Source of the DNA: Myxococcota bacterium
GTDB taxonomy: Bacteria; Myxococcota_A; UBA9160; SZUA-336
Assembly: GCA_965247115.1 (NCBI GenBank)
Contig: CBDFGR010000003.1
Span: 1,760,001 to 1,824,000 of the forward strand
Length of the DNA stretch: 64,000 bases
Direction of reading: 5' to 3'
Shown one piece after another: positions 9,409 to 22,168 of this stretch. The notes beneath the pieces were generated by a model that ran no database searches, was not told where the DNA came from, and was given only the letters and a program-made list of their open reading frames with translations. The stretch's first letter is position 1; each line of letters opens with the position of its first letter. A program made the position numbers and the translations under genes.

Positions 9409-10528
9409 GTCCGCGCCAGAGAGTCTGGCTCGTGTGCGCGGCAGCTCTCGCGCTCGGCGTGTACGGCTTTCTGGAGCTCTTTGAGAAGCGGAGCTTCGAG
9501 TTCGAGGTCGGCTTTCACGGAGAGGCGGCAGCGAACCGCTACCTCGCGGCACAGCGCCTGCTCGAGCGCATGGGTCTGGAGGTGCGGAGCCTGAAGCTCG
9601 GAGAGCTCGGCGCGCTGCCGCCCCACAATGGAACCCTGATCCTCCCCACCGAGCGTGCGACGCTGTCGCGAGAGCGCGCGCGCCTGCTCGAGCGCTGGGT
9701 GAACGAGGGAGGTCACCTGATAGTGGTCACCTGGACGCTCTGGGACCAGGAGGATCGACCCGACGATCCGCTCCTCGATCCGCTCGGCTTTCGCCAGTTC
9801 GCCCAGCTCGAGGACGTCGAGTCCATGCTGTCGCTCGCTGTCGTTCCGGGCCGAGACCGGCCGCTCGCGGTGATGTACGACCCGCGCTTTCGTTTCGAGG
9901 ACAGCGAGGGGCGCGCCAGCTGGTCGATCGAGGACGCGAACGGAACGCATCTCCTACAGACGCGCCTGGCACGCGGCACGCTGACGGCCCTGACAGACGA
10001 CCTGTTTATGACGAACTACACGATCGCCGAACACGACCACGCGGAGCTCGTGTACCGGTTGGCCCGAGCGGATGGGCGAACGGGCCCCGTGTGGATTGTC
10101 TTTGCAGAGGAGTGGCCGGGCCCTTGGCAGCTGCTCTGGGAGAACGGCTGGGCGGTGGTCGTGGCGCTGGCGCTCCTGGTCTGTGCCTGGATCTGGATGC
10201 GTTCGCGGCGCTTCGGGCCGCTGCTCCCGGATCCTTCTTTGGATCGCCGCAGCCTGATGGAACACATCGAGGCGTCGGGCCGCTTCCACTGGAAGCACGC
10301 CGGGGCGAGGATGCTGGCAGACGCGACGCGCGAGGCGCTGATGGAACGTGTCCGCACACGCCACCCCGGCTGGCTGGAGCTTTCGCCCGCAGAGCTCGCG
10401 GAGCGACTGGAGCAGACTGCGGACGTTCCGCTCTGGCGGATCAACCGCGCGCTGGCGTTTCGGCCCGAGCTCGTGCCCGAGCATTTCGCCCAGGACATCG
10501 CCACCATGGAACAGATCACGAGAGGGCT

Positions 10529-10532
<4 letters not shown>
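9405..10532 (+). CDS. DUF4350 domain membrane protein
   Basis: GTGA overlap at 9405; NRYLAAQRLL, WVNEGGHLIV, RRFGP, RRSLMEHIEASGRF. Confidence 0.75.
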
Positions 10533-11505
<973 letters not shown>

Positions 11506-11509
<4 letters not shown>

Positions 11510-12810
11510 GTCCAACGTCGCGCACGCTCGCTCTGCTGGGCCTCTGGGTCTTGGTGGCGCTGGGGGTCGCGTGGTCGGCCGAGCTCGCTCCCCTCTGGGT
11601 CGCTTCGGGCCTGGGACTGCTCGTCGTGCTTGCAATCGACGCAGTGCGTTTGCGCCGCACCGGGACGCTCCTGGTGGAGCGGCGACTCCCTCCATCCGTT
11701 GCCATCGGGACCTGGAGCTCTGTCTTCCTGCGCCTCGAGAATCGAGGCGGGAGGCGGGTCTCGCTGGTGGTCTACGAGCACACGCCGTCAATCGTTACGG
11801 TGCGGGACATGCCGCGCAGGCTCGCCGTTGGCGCGGGGGAATCGGCGGAGCTCGAATACGGGATCTATCCGACCGAGCGCGGCGATCACGACTTTGGGCA
11901 GGTAGAGCTCGTGCTCGACTCCCCCTTCGGGCTGTGGCGTGGCAAGCGTCTCGTGGGATCCGGTGAGCGCCTGCGCATCTACCCGAACTTTCGCGCCATC
12001 ATGGGCTACGCGTGGCTCGCCCGCTCCAATCGCACGAGTCAGCTAGGCATTCGCAGGCGGCCCCGGCGCGGCGAGGGGCTCGACTTTCACCAGTTGCGAG
12101 AGTACCGCGAGGGAGACACCCTGCGTCAGATCGACTGGCGTGTCACCTCGCGCCTGCGCAAGCTGATCTCCCGTGAGTATCAGGACGAGCGAGATCAGCG
12201 AATCGTCTTCCTGCTGGACTGCGGTCGCAAGATGCACGCGCGCGACGATGCCCTCTCGCACTTCGACCACGCGCTAGATGCCGTGCTCCTACTGGCGCAT
12301 GTTGCCCTGCGACAGGGCGATGCCGTGGGGCTCATGACCTTTGCGGGAGAACGCCGTTGGCTCGCACCACGCAAAGGTGTAGGCCACCTGAACGCACTCA
12401 TGAACGCGGTCTACGATCTGCAGACCAGCCTGCGCACGTCGGATTACCTCGCGGCAGCGCGAGATCTCTCCACCCGGCTGCGAAAGCGCGCGCTCGTCGT
12501 GCTGGTCTCGAACCTGCGCGACGAGGAGCACGAGGAGCTCTCTCTGGCGCTGGACCTGCTGGGCCGCCGCCACCTCGTCCTGCTCGCGAGCATGCAGGAG
12601 CGGGTGCTGGGCGAGGCGCTGAAGCAGCCGGTCCGCGATCTCGATGACGCGCTGCGCGTGGCCGCGACGCGCGACTACCTGCAGCGTAGGAAGCGCGCGC
12701 ACCAGACCCTTCAGAGGGCAGGGGCGCTAGCGCTGGACGTGGAGCCACAGCTGCTCCCCGTCTCCCTCGTCAACGGGTACCTCGACGTGAAGAGCCGCGG
12801 CGTGCTCTGA
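11506..12810 (+). CDS. DUF58 domain protein (vWA-like)
   Basis: GEGLDFHQLREYREGD, IDWRVTSR, LLDCGRKM. Confidence 0.88.
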
Positions 12811-12813
12811 GAC

Positions 12814-14001
<1,188 letters not shown>

Positions 14002-14121
14002 GGACGTACCTCCGGGGTAGGGGGAATTAACGGGAGCCGCCCGACAATAGCGTGGCGTTCTGGGAGGCGCGAGCGGTCAGAGGTTTGACGAGGGCGCGGA
14101 AGATTGCGAGATTCGTGTGGC

Positions 14122-14487
14122 ATGTCTTTGCTGAGCGTTGTGGGGGCCGTGCTCTTCGCCGCCGGGGCTGCCGCCGGATGGTGGCTGTGCCGTGATCGCG
14201 AGGCACGGGGCCGCGCCGAGTGGCTCGAGCGGGAGCTCGAAGACGAGCAGCTCCGTCACCAGGCGTACCAGCAGGAAGTGGAGAAGCACTTCGCACAGAC
14301 CTCCGATCTGTTCCGAGATCTTACTCAGCAGTACACCGCCCTCTACGGACACCTCGCAGAGGGCGCCCGCGAGCTGTGCTCCACGCAGGTCCCAGCTCTG
14401 GCCAGCGGCCACGACTTCCCAACCCTCGCCGGTTCCCCCAACGCAAGCGCCGCGAGGGCACGCGAGCCGCGAACGCCCCAAGCCTGA
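14122..14487 (+). CDS. DUF1043 / YhcB (ZapG)-like membrane-anchored coiled-coil protein
   Basis: N-terminal TM, then YQQEVEKHFAQTSDLF...YGHLAEGAREL. Confidence 0.75.
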   Translation: MSLLSVVGAVLFAAGAAAGWWLCRDREARGRAEWLERELEDEQLRHQAYQQEVEKHFAQTSDLFRDLTQQYTALYGHLAEGARELCSTQVPALASGHDFPTLAGSPNASAARAREPRTPQA

Positions 14488-14651
14488 CACTAGCTGGGCG
14501 GCCCTCAACCGACGGCGGCTCGCTCACCTGCAAGAGCTGCCAGCGGGGTGACGGGCGTTGGCTGCACCGCGCCTTGGTCGGGCGTGCTCTGCTAGGTTTC
14601 TCGCGTGGCACGCCGGTTGCATTCCCTATGCAGCCGGTCCGGAGGACCTGA

Positions 14652-15605
14652 ATGGGTTGGATGGTCGCGATGCTCGCGCTTCTCACTCTCGTGCCCGCGC
14701 TCGCTCCAGCGGATGACATGGACCAGCGGGTCTACGTCAAGCCCGGGGGCAGTCTGCAGGTGGACCTGGACCTGGGTGAGGAGATCGAGCCCGAGCGGGC
14801 CTCCCTTCAGGTGATCTCTCACGACGCAGACCAGGTCTGGGTCAAGGCCGAGACGCTGGGCTGGGGGGCGTCTGACGTCAAGTTCCGGCTCGATCAGGAC
14901 GAGCGCGCCGTCCGTGTCTACGGGAGCGTCTCGGGTCTGTTCACGATGCTGTTCGGCGGTCCGACAATCCGCGTTCGTGTCTGGGTGCCAAGGAACTTCT
15001 CGGTCGACCTGCGCTCGACGACCGGGCCAATCCGCGTTGAGGAGCTGAGCGGAAGTGTTCGCGCCAGAACTCTGAACGGCTCCATCGAGATCTTGGGTGT
15101 GGACGGCCCCCTCATCCTGCGCAGCGCAAGCGGCCCGGTGAGCGTGAACGAGTCGCGCGGAGACGTCGCGATCCGCGCGGGAGCGGGAGAAATCGAGCTC
15201 AGCTGGGTGACCGGCAACGTCCGAGCCTCTACCGGCAAGGGCGATGTGCGCGCGCGCCACGTCGATGGCCAGGTGGAGCTGCGCACGGACGAAGGGGAGG
15301 TCAACCTGCAACAGGTTCGGGGGAGGGTCGAGGCCCAGACCGAGATCGGTGCCGTCTACGCGAGCTTTCTCGGCGACCCGGAGGGGCAGATCGAGACCCG
15401 GCGCGGCTCCGTGGAGGTGATCCTCCCTCGGGACGCGAGCGTCGATCTCGACGCGCGCAGCGCGGACGGCACCGTGCAGCTCGATGCAGATCTTAAGGTC
15501 GACGGTGAGCGCTCTCCTGGTTCCGCGATCGGTCACGTGAACGGCGGTGGCCCGAGCCTCCGCATCTACACCGCGCGCGGCAACGTGCGGCTGGATCGGC
15601 GTTAG
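14652..15605 (+). CDS. DUF4097 beta-strand repeat exported protein
   Basis: Signal peptide; repeated (T/S)xxGxIxV motifs; VNGGGPSLRIYT end. Confidence 0.75.
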   Translation: MGWMVAMLALLTLVPALAPADDMDQRVYVKPGGSLQVDLDLGEEIEPERASLQVISHDADQVWVKAETLGWGASDVKFRLDQDERAVRVYGSVSGLFTMLFGGPTIRVRVWVPRNFSVDLRSTTGPIRVEELSGSVRARTLNGSIEILGVDGPLILRSASGPVSVNESRGDVAIRAGAGEIELSWVTGNVRASTGKGDVRARHVDGQVELRTDEGEVNLQQVRGRVEAQTEIGAVYASFLGDPEGQIETRRGSVEVILPRDASVDLDARSADGTVQLDADLKVDGERSPGSAIGHVNGGGPSLRIYTARGNVRLDRR

Positions 15606-15614
15606 GGTCGTGGG

Positions 15615-16496
15615 GTGGACTCGTTGAGCCGCACGCTCGGAATCGCGCTGCTCTGCCTTGCGTTGCCGCTCGCTGCGCGCGCCGACCAGTTCGACAAGAC
15701 GGTACTCGTCGTGCCGGGAGGGACGCTCAGCATCGATCTCGATCGAGGCTCTGTCGATGTGGAGACCGGCGATGACAACGAGGTGCGCGTCGAGGCCAGC
15801 GCTAGCGGCTTCGGGTCGGGGTCCGTCGAATTCGAGCTCGAGAGCGATGGGCGAAACGCGAGCTTCAGAGGCAGGTCGGGCTTCCGCTTTGGCCTCCTGG
15901 GCGGCGTGCGGATCAAGGTGGTGGCGCGCGTGCCGGAGGTGTATTCGGTGAACGTCAACACGGGCGGCGGCCGCATCGAAATCGAGGAGATCGACGGCGA
16001 CGTGGAGGCGCGCACCAGCGGCGGCAGGATCGCAGTGGACGGAGCCACGGGCGACGTTCAGCTCAGAACGAGCGGGGGGCGCATTCACGCCGAGAACATT
16101 GGGGGCGACCTCAGCGCCCGTACCTCCGGGGGAGCGATCCGCATCTCGGACGTGGTGGGGAGTGTCGAGGTTCGGACCAGTGGAGGCAGGATCGCGATCG
16201 ACGGAGCGGGCACGCTCGTCCGTGCCAGGACCAGCGGAGGCAACGTCTCGGTTCGTTTCGACGGGGCCCCGGAAGGCACGATCGAGACCTCCGGAGGGAG
16301 CATCGAGGTGGAGATTCCCGAGGAATCGAACGTGGATCTCGACGCCCGCACGAGCGGCGGCCGCGTCACGGTGGAAGCGGATATCAGCGTCCGAGGAGTA
16401 TCTCGCGCCAACCACATCGAAGGAGCCGTCAACGGCGGCGGTCCCCCTCTTCGCCTCCGTACCTCCGGCGGCAACATCAGTCTCGAAGAGCGGTGA
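15615..16496 (+). CDS. DUF4097 beta-strand repeat exported protein
   Basis: Signal peptide; many RTSGG repeats; VNGGGPPLRLRTSGG end. Confidence 0.8.
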   Translation: MDSLSRTLGIALLCLALPLAARADQFDKTVLVVPGGTLSIDLDRGSVDVETGDDNEVRVEASASGFGSGSVEFELESDGRNASFRGRSGFRFGLLGGVRIKVVARVPEVYSVNVNTGGGRIEIEEIDGDVEARTSGGRIAVDGATGDVQLRTSGGRIHAENIGGDLSARTSGGAIRISDVVGSVEVRTSGGRIAIDGAGTLVRARTSGGNVSVRFDGAPEGTIETSGGSIEVEIPEESNVDLDARTSGGRVTVEADISVRGVSRANHIEGAVNGGGPPLRLRTSGGNISLEER

Positions 16497-16498
16497 GT

Positions 16499-16620
16499 CT
16501 TGCGGGACCCGGCGCGCGAGCGGTCCTCCCGCGGGTCAGCGACCCGCGGGCCGCTGACGGCCACCCGCCTCCGCTCAGGCCAAAGGCCTTCGCTGCGCGC
16601 GCCGCTTTCGCGGCGCTTGC
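16499..16620 (+). repeat. Dispersed palindromic (REP-like) element, intergenic copy
   Basis: CTTGCGGGACCCGG...GGCCACCCGCCTCCGCTC...CGCTGCGCGCGCCG...CGGCGCTTGC, with nested hairpins. Confidence 0.85.
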
Positions 16621-16677
16621 AGGGGGAGACCTAGGTCACACTTGGACTCTGAGCTCTGTGCGCTCAGGGTAGTTCTT

Positions 16678-18093
16678 CTAGGAGTTGCGTTTTTCGAGGT
16701 AGCGGAGGACTAGGGTGACGAGGCGGCGACGGTCGATCGGTTTTGTTGCGAAGTCGGTACAGCCGGCGTCGAGGCAGCGCTGCCGGTCGCCGGCTAGCGC
16801 GTGGGCTGTGAGCGCGATGATGGGTTGCTCGTAGCCGCTCTCGCGGAGGCGTCGGCTGGCCTCGTAGCCGTCCATGACCGGCATTTGCATGTCCATCAGG
16901 ATCAGGTCGAAGGCCTCGTCCGCTTCGAGAGCGGCGAGTGCGTGATCCACTCCGACCGCGCCGTTCTCCGCGTGGCTGACGTCGAAGCCGGACTTCTTCA
17001 GGGTGAAGGAGATGAGGCGCCGATTGTCCTCTCCGTCCTCCACGAGCAGGATCCTCGCGCCGGGGCCGCTCACCCGCGTCCTGTCGAGAAACGCCCGTGT
17101 GGAGTCGTCCTCCTCGAGGAGCACGTCGCAGGTACGTGCGCGCGCGTCGGGATCCTCGATCATCTCGATCCCGTCGAGCGAGCCCGTGTCCACGCGAACC
17201 TCGAAGCGGCTGCCCTTCCCCTCCGTGCTCTCCACCTCGATGTCTCCACCGAGAAGGCGGGCTAGCTGACGCGAGATCGTCAAGCCGAGACCGGTGCCGC
17301 CGAACGTTCGGCTCATCGATGTGTCGCCCTGCGAGAACGCGTTGAAGATTCCATCGAGGCTGCTGTGCGGAACGCCGACACCGCTGTCCGTCACCCGGAT
17401 TTGGAGGGCGGGCGCTTGCTTCTCCCGGTGCACCAGCTCTACGGTGAGTACGACCGATCCCCGTTCGGTGAACTTGATCGCGTTGCCGACGGTGTGAATC
17501 AGGATCTGCCGCAGCCGGACGGGGTCCGTCCGGATCTCACGGGGGAGCGCTCCGCGGTACTCGATCTCGAAGCGAAGGCCCTTGGCCTCGGCGGAGCTCC
17601 GCATGACGGACTCGATCTCCGCGAGGATCTCGAACGGGGACGTCATCGTATGCTGCACGTCGATCTCCCCGGACTCGAGCCGGGACAGGTCGAGGATGTC
17701 GCTCAGCACCTGCATCAGGTGGGTGGCGTTCCGCTTGATCGTATGCAGTCGCTCGATCCGACTGCTGGGCGCGCGAGAGAGGTCGCCCTCCTCGATCAGC
17801 AGATCGGCGAAGCCGAGGATTGCGGTCATGGGAGTTCGCAGCTCGTGGCTCATGTTCGCAAGAAACTGTGCTTTGGACCGCGCGGCGGCAGCGGAGCTGC
17901 GCGTGGCGTCGAGCAGGTCCTCGAGGGATCTCTTGGAGCCGGAGATGGTCGAGCGCAGCACGCGCGAGATCGCGGCCGAGTCTTGACGGGTCCTGTCGAG
18001 CTCGTCGCTCAGTGCAGCGACCTTCGCGCGCAGCTCCGCGATCTCTTCTAGAAGCTCGCTTCTCGACTTCTCCTGGTCGCCGCACTCCGACAC
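16678..18093 (-). CDS. Hybrid histidine kinase / response regulator (cytoplasmic)
   Basis: FLANMSHELRTP, NAIKFT, GGTGLGL, receiver LLVEDG...MDMQMPVMDG. Confidence 0.92.
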   Translation of the reverse strand: MSECGDQEKSRSELLEEIAELRAKVAALSDELDRTRQDSAAISRVLRSTISGSKRSLEDLLDATRSSAAAARSKAQFLANMSHELRTPMTAILGFADLLIEEGDLSRAPSSRIERLHTIKRNATHLMQVLSDILDLSRLESGEIDVQHTMTSPFEILAEIESVMRSSAEAKGLRFEIEYRGALPREIRTDPVRLRQILIHTVGNAIKFTERGSVVLTVELVHREKQAPALQIRVTDSGVGVPHSSLDGIFNAFSQGDTSMSRTFGGTGLGLTISRQLARLLGGDIEVESTEGKGSRFEVRVDTGSLDGIEMIEDPDARARTCDVLLEEDDSTRAFLDRTRVSGPGARILLVEDGEDNRRLISFTLKKSGFDVSHAENGAVGVDHALAALEADEAFDLILMDMQMPVMDGYEASRRLRESGYEQPIIALTAHALAGDRQRCLDAGCTDFATKPIDRRRLVTLVLRYLEKRNS

Positions 18094-18103
18094 GTAACCA
18101 CCC

Positions 18104-18179
18104 CTTGCGGGTCCCGGCTCGCGAGCGGTTGCGCCACCCGCCTCCGGCTTGCTGCGCGCGCCGTATTCGCGGCGCTTGC
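18104..18179 (+). repeat. Dispersed palindromic element, shortened copy
   Basis: CTTGCGGGTCCCGG...GCCACCCGCCTCCG...GCTGCGCGCGCCG...CGGCGCTTGC. Confidence 0.8.
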
Positions 18180-18237
18180 CAGCGACCGGCCCGTTCGGGT
18201 CCGGCCCACTTCTAGATCGGATGTATCATCGACTCCC

Positions 18238-20310
18238 ATGAGGAGCGCTGTGGTGAGCTGTCCGGCGTGTCGCCAGGAGAACCCCGTGGAGAACAACTTC
18301 TGCGGGGCCTGCGGCGCGCGGCTGGTGGGGGGCGATCCGCGCACCTACACGCCGAAACACCTCGCGGAGAAGATCCTCAACACGCGATCCGCGCTCGTCG
18401 GCGAGCGAAAGCTGCTGACGGTCCTGTTCGTCGATGTCCAGGGCTCGGGTGGTCTGTCAAGAAGCGTCGACGCCGAGCGCTGGCACGGCATCATGGACCG
18501 CTTCTTCTCGATCCTGATGGACTGTGTCCACCGCTACGAGGGAACGATCAACCAGTTCACCGGCGACGGAGTCATGGCGCTGTTCGGCGCTCCGGTCGCC
18601 CACGAGGACCATGCGCGTCGTGCCTGTCAGGCGGCGCTCGATATCGACGTCGAGCTCCGCTCGCTCCAGGTGAGCCTGGCCAGCGAACGGCTCGGCTTCG
18701 CGGTGCGGATGGGGATGAACTCGGGCGAGGTAGTCGTCGGGAGAATCGGCGATGACCTGCGCATGGACTACACCGCGCAGGGTTACACAACGACGCTCGC
18801 GTCCCGCATGCAGGTGATCGCAGAGCCGGGCTCGGTGTGTCTGACACAGCACACCGCAGCGCTGGTCGACGGCTTCTTCGAGCTGCGGGACCTGGGCACT
18901 CCCGAGCTCAAAGGCGTGAGCGAGCCCGTTCGCGTGTACCAGCTCGAGGGCCGGGGCGAGCTCCTGACGCGACTCGACGTCTCGCGCGCCCGAGGTCTGA
19001 CTCGCTGGGTCGGGCGAGGGCCGGAGCTCGGAGCCCTGGAGTCCGCGCTGGCGCGGGCCCTCGATTCCGAGGCGCGAGTGATCGGCGTGGTGGGCGAGGC
19101 CGGTGTCGGGAAGAGCCGTCTATGCCTCGAATTTCTCGATCGCTGCCGCGAGCGCGGGCTCCTCGTGGTCCGCGCGAGCTGCCCGGCTTACGGACGCTCC
19201 GTTCCCCTGCTGCCGGTGCGAGATCTGCTGCGCGGTCTCCTCGAGCTGGAGGTGGAGGACGAGCCGGCCGCAGCGCGCGAGAAGATCGAGGCCACGTTGC
19301 TGGAGCTCGATCCCGGCTTCGGCTCGGCGCTTCCACTCGTGTACGATCTGCTCGGGGTAGGCGCGGATGCCAGCCCGCTTGCCGTCGACCCGGCGAGCCG
19401 CCGACGGCGCGTATCGGAGTTCGTGGGAAGGCTGCTTCAGCAGCGCAGCACGATCGCGCCGCTGATCCTCGCGATCGAGGACCTGCATTGGATCGACCCG
19501 GAGAGCGACGAGCTGCTCGCGCGCATCGTGGACGCTGTGGGCTGGACACGCACGCTCCTCGTACTGAACTTTCGGCAGGGCTACCGCGCGGACTGGATGA
19601 GCACTCCCTACTACACGCCGCTGCCCCTGGTGCCCCTGGACGACGAGGCAGCAGAGGAGCTGCTGCGCAGCCTGCTTGGGGATGATCCCTCGGTGCGTTC
19701 GGTCCGGGAGCTCGTCCGCAACAGGACTGGCGGGAATCCCTTCTTTATCGAGGAGGTCGTCCAGGAGCTCGTTGCCGCCGGGAGTCTCGTCGGGGAGCGC
19801 GGCTCCTACCGTCCGCTAGGGGAGCTCGCGGAGATCCAGATCCCCATGTCCGTGGTGGCCGTGATCGAGGCTCGGATCGACAGGCTTCCGGAGCGCGAAA
19901 AGCAGCTGCTCCAGACGGCGGCGGTAATCGGGCGGAGCTTCTCCCGGTCCGTCCTGGAGGCTGTGTCCGCGTTTTCCAGCGCGGAGCTCGAGGAGGCGAT
20001 CGACCTGCTGTGCGAGGGAGAGTTCATCTACCGGGACGGCGGTGCGTCGACAGGTGACCATGCGTTCAAGCACTCGCTCACCCACGAGGTCGCGTACCTG
20101 TCGCAGCTGCAAGACACGCGGCAGGAGATCCACGCGACCGTTGCCCGCGCGCTCGAGGAATTGCACGCCGATCGGCTCGGAGAGCTGGCCGCGTTGCTGG
20201 CGCACCACTGGGCGGAGGCCGGCCAATCGCACGACGCCGCGCGCTGGCGACGACGCGCGGCCCTCAAGGTATCGCGCATCCAGATAGGGGGTGGCAAAAA
20301 AAGGCCCTGA
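18238..20310 (+). CDS. Zn-ribbon + class III nucleotide cyclase + AAA ATPase protein
   Basis: CPAC..CGAC, TVLFVDVQGS, QFTGDGVMALFG, GEAGVGKSRL, EDLHWID, GGNPFFIEE. Confidence 0.88.
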   Translation: MRSAVVSCPACRQENPVENNFCGACGARLVGGDPRTYTPKHLAEKILNTRSALVGERKLLTVLFVDVQGSGGLSRSVDAERWHGIMDRFFSILMDCVHRYEGTINQFTGDGVMALFGAPVAHEDHARRACQAALDIDVELRSLQVSLASERLGFAVRMGMNSGEVVVGRIGDDLRMDYTAQGYTTTLASRMQVIAEPGSVCLTQHTAALVDGFFELRDLGTPELKGVSEPVRVYQLEGRGELLTRLDVSRARGLTRWVGRGPELGALESALARALDSEARVIGVVGEAGVGKSRLCLEFLDRCRERGLLVVRASCPAYGRSVPLLPVRDLLRGLLELEVEDEPAAAREKIEATLLELDPGFGSALPLVYDLLGVGADASPLAVDPASRRRRVSEFVGRLLQQRSTIAPLILAIEDLHWIDPESDELLARIVDAVGWTRTLLVLNFRQGYRADWMSTPYYTPLPLVPLDDEAAEELLRSLLGDDPSVRSVRELVRNRTGGNPFFIEEVVQELVAAGSLVGERGSYRPLGELAEIQIPMSVVAVIEARIDRLPEREKQLLQTAAVIGRSFSRSVLEAVSAFSSAELEEAIDLLCEGEFIYRDGGASTGDHAFKHSLTHEVAYLSQLQDTRQEIHATVARALEELHADRLGELAALLAHHWAEAGQSHDAARWRRRAALKVSRIQIGGGKKRP

Positions 20311-20344
20311 GCCCACTGGTGTAGAATGTGTTCGGAGGTGTTGG

Positions 20345-21919
20345 ATGGAAGTTCCGTTACTGACTGACGACTTTCTGCGTCGTCCCGCGCTGCTGTACCC
20401 GGACAAGCTCGCGATCGTCGATGGCGAGCGCCGCTTCACGTACCGCGAGTACCAAGAGCGCGTGAACCAGCTGTCCCACGCTCTTCTAGAGCTCGGCGTC
20501 GCTGCGGACGATCGGGTCTGTATCTTGAGCCCGAACTCGCACTTCTTCCTGGAGAGCTTCTACGCGACGAGCCAGATCGGCGCGGTGCTCGTTCCGTTGA
20601 ACTATCGACTTGCCGCAGAAGATCACACCTACATCCTGAATCACGCCCGCGTGAAGGTGGCGCTCGTCGACCACGACTACACCGCCGACGTGGATGAAAT
20701 CCGAGCGCAGCTGCCAACCGTGGACACCTGGATCGTGGCTCAGGACTCCGGCAATGCTGCGCCTGGCTGGACCGATTGGGAGACGCTGATCGCGGACGCG
20801 CCCACGACTCCTCCCCCCGGGATCGAGCGGGGGGAGAACGATCTGGTCTCGATCAACTACACCTCCGGAACGACTGCGCGGCCGAAGGGCGTCATGTTGA
20901 CGCACCGCAACTGCTACATCAACGCATACAACCTCATTGCGCATCTCCGTCTCGCCCACGAAGACGTGGAGCTCTGGACACTGCCGATGTTCCACTGCAA
21001 CGGCTGGGGCGGGGTCTACGCGCTCACCGGGATGGGCGGAACCCACGTCGTGTTGCGCGCCGTGGAGGGTGCGGAGATCTTCCGGCTGATCGAGCGTGAG
21101 AACGTCACGTTCGCGTGTATGGCTCCTGCCGTGCTGCGAACGGTGCTCGACTACCCGGAGAAGTCAAAGCACGAGATCGAGACGTGCCCGCGCTTCACGG
21201 TGGCTGGGGCGCCGCCTCCCGCCGCCTTCATCGAGCGGCTGGAGCGGGAGCTCGGTTGGCAGTTCATCCAGATCTACGGCCTAACGGAGACCGCTCCGCT
21301 GCTGACCGTGTCCACGCCCGACTTCGCGACGAAGCACGACGACTACGCTCGCCGCTCGCGCGCTGGTGTTGCAGGGATCGGCGTGGAGCTCGAGGTCCGG
21401 GCACCGGATGGGAGTCGCGTGCCGATGGACGGTGAGACCGTCGGCGAGATCTGCGCGCGCTCGAACGTGGTCTTCAAGGGCTACTGGGAGCAGCCGGAAG
21501 AGACCGCGGAAGCGATCCACGACGGTTTCTTCCACACCGGTGATCTGGCTGTCTGGGACGAGACCGGCAGCGTGCACATCGTGGATCGAAAGAAGGACGT
21601 CATCATCTCGGGCGGAGAGAACGTCAGCTCGGCGGAGGTCGAGGACGCCCTCTACAAGCACGAGGCGGTGCTGGAGTGCGCGGTCATCGGAGTCCCGGAC
21701 GAGAAGTGGGGAGAGACACCGAAGGCACTGATCGTTCCGCGCGAGGGCCACGAGCTGAGCGAGAAGGAGCTCATCGACTTCTGCCGTGAGCACCTTGCGC
21801 ACTTCAAGTGCCCGAGCTCGGTGGAGTTTCTGAGTGAGCTTCCGCGCACGGCAACCGGAAAGCTGCAGAAGTTCCGCTTGCGCGAAAAGTACTGGGGGAC
21901 GGAACGCCGCGTCGGCTAG
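20345..21919 (+). CDS. Long-chain fatty acid-CoA ligase (AMP-binding)
   Basis: YTSGTTARPKG, YGLTET, FHTGD, DRKKDVIISGGEN, PRTATGK. Confidence 0.93.
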   Translation: MEVPLLTDDFLRRPALLYPDKLAIVDGERRFTYREYQERVNQLSHALLELGVAADDRVCILSPNSHFFLESFYATSQIGAVLVPLNYRLAAEDHTYILNHARVKVALVDHDYTADVDEIRAQLPTVDTWIVAQDSGNAAPGWTDWETLIADAPTTPPPGIERGENDLVSINYTSGTTARPKGVMLTHRNCYINAYNLIAHLRLAHEDVELWTLPMFHCNGWGGVYALTGMGGTHVVLRAVEGAEIFRLIERENVTFACMAPAVLRTVLDYPEKSKHEIETCPRFTVAGAPPPAAFIERLERELGWQFIQIYGLTETAPLLTVSTPDFATKHDDYARRSRAGVAGIGVELEVRAPDGSRVPMDGETVGEICARSNVVFKGYWEQPEETAEAIHDGFFHTGDLAVWDETGSVHIVDRKKDVIISGGENVSSAEVEDALYKHEAVLECAVIGVPDEKWGETPKALIVPREGHELSEKELIDFCREHLAHFKCPSSVEFLSELPRTATGKLQKFRLREKYWGTERRVG

Positions 21920-21932
21920 CGGGGCTACCCGA

Positions 21933-22127
21933 TCAGGAGTCGTCGATCGCGAGCGCCTGGCGGGGGCAGAGCCGCACCGCGTTCTCGACCTTCTCGCGAA
22001 GCTCCGGTCCCGGACTCTCCTGAAGGACGTCCAGGTTGTCGTCTTCGTCGACGCGGAACACCTCGGGAGCTTGTTGCATACAGATCGCGTTGGCTTCGCA
22101 CAGGTCGTAATCTACTTTGATCTTCAT
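21933..22127 (-). CDS. Ferredoxin (3Fe-4S type)
   Basis: CEANAICMQQAPEVF...LCPRQAL. Confidence 0.88.
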   Translation of the reverse strand: MKIKVDYDLCEANAICMQQAPEVFRVDEDDNLDVLQESPGPELREKVENAVRLCPRQALAIDDS

Positions 22128-22168
22128 GCATGCCTCCTCGGACTCGCAGGTGAGGATATCACGAGCCC

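Noticed and set aside
14592..16415. 607-aa minus-strand ORF (also 45338-47440 +, 33191-34744 +, 53952-55610 - and similar)
   Set aside because: Antisense shadows of well-supported genes, expected in high-GC DNA; no recognisable motifs.
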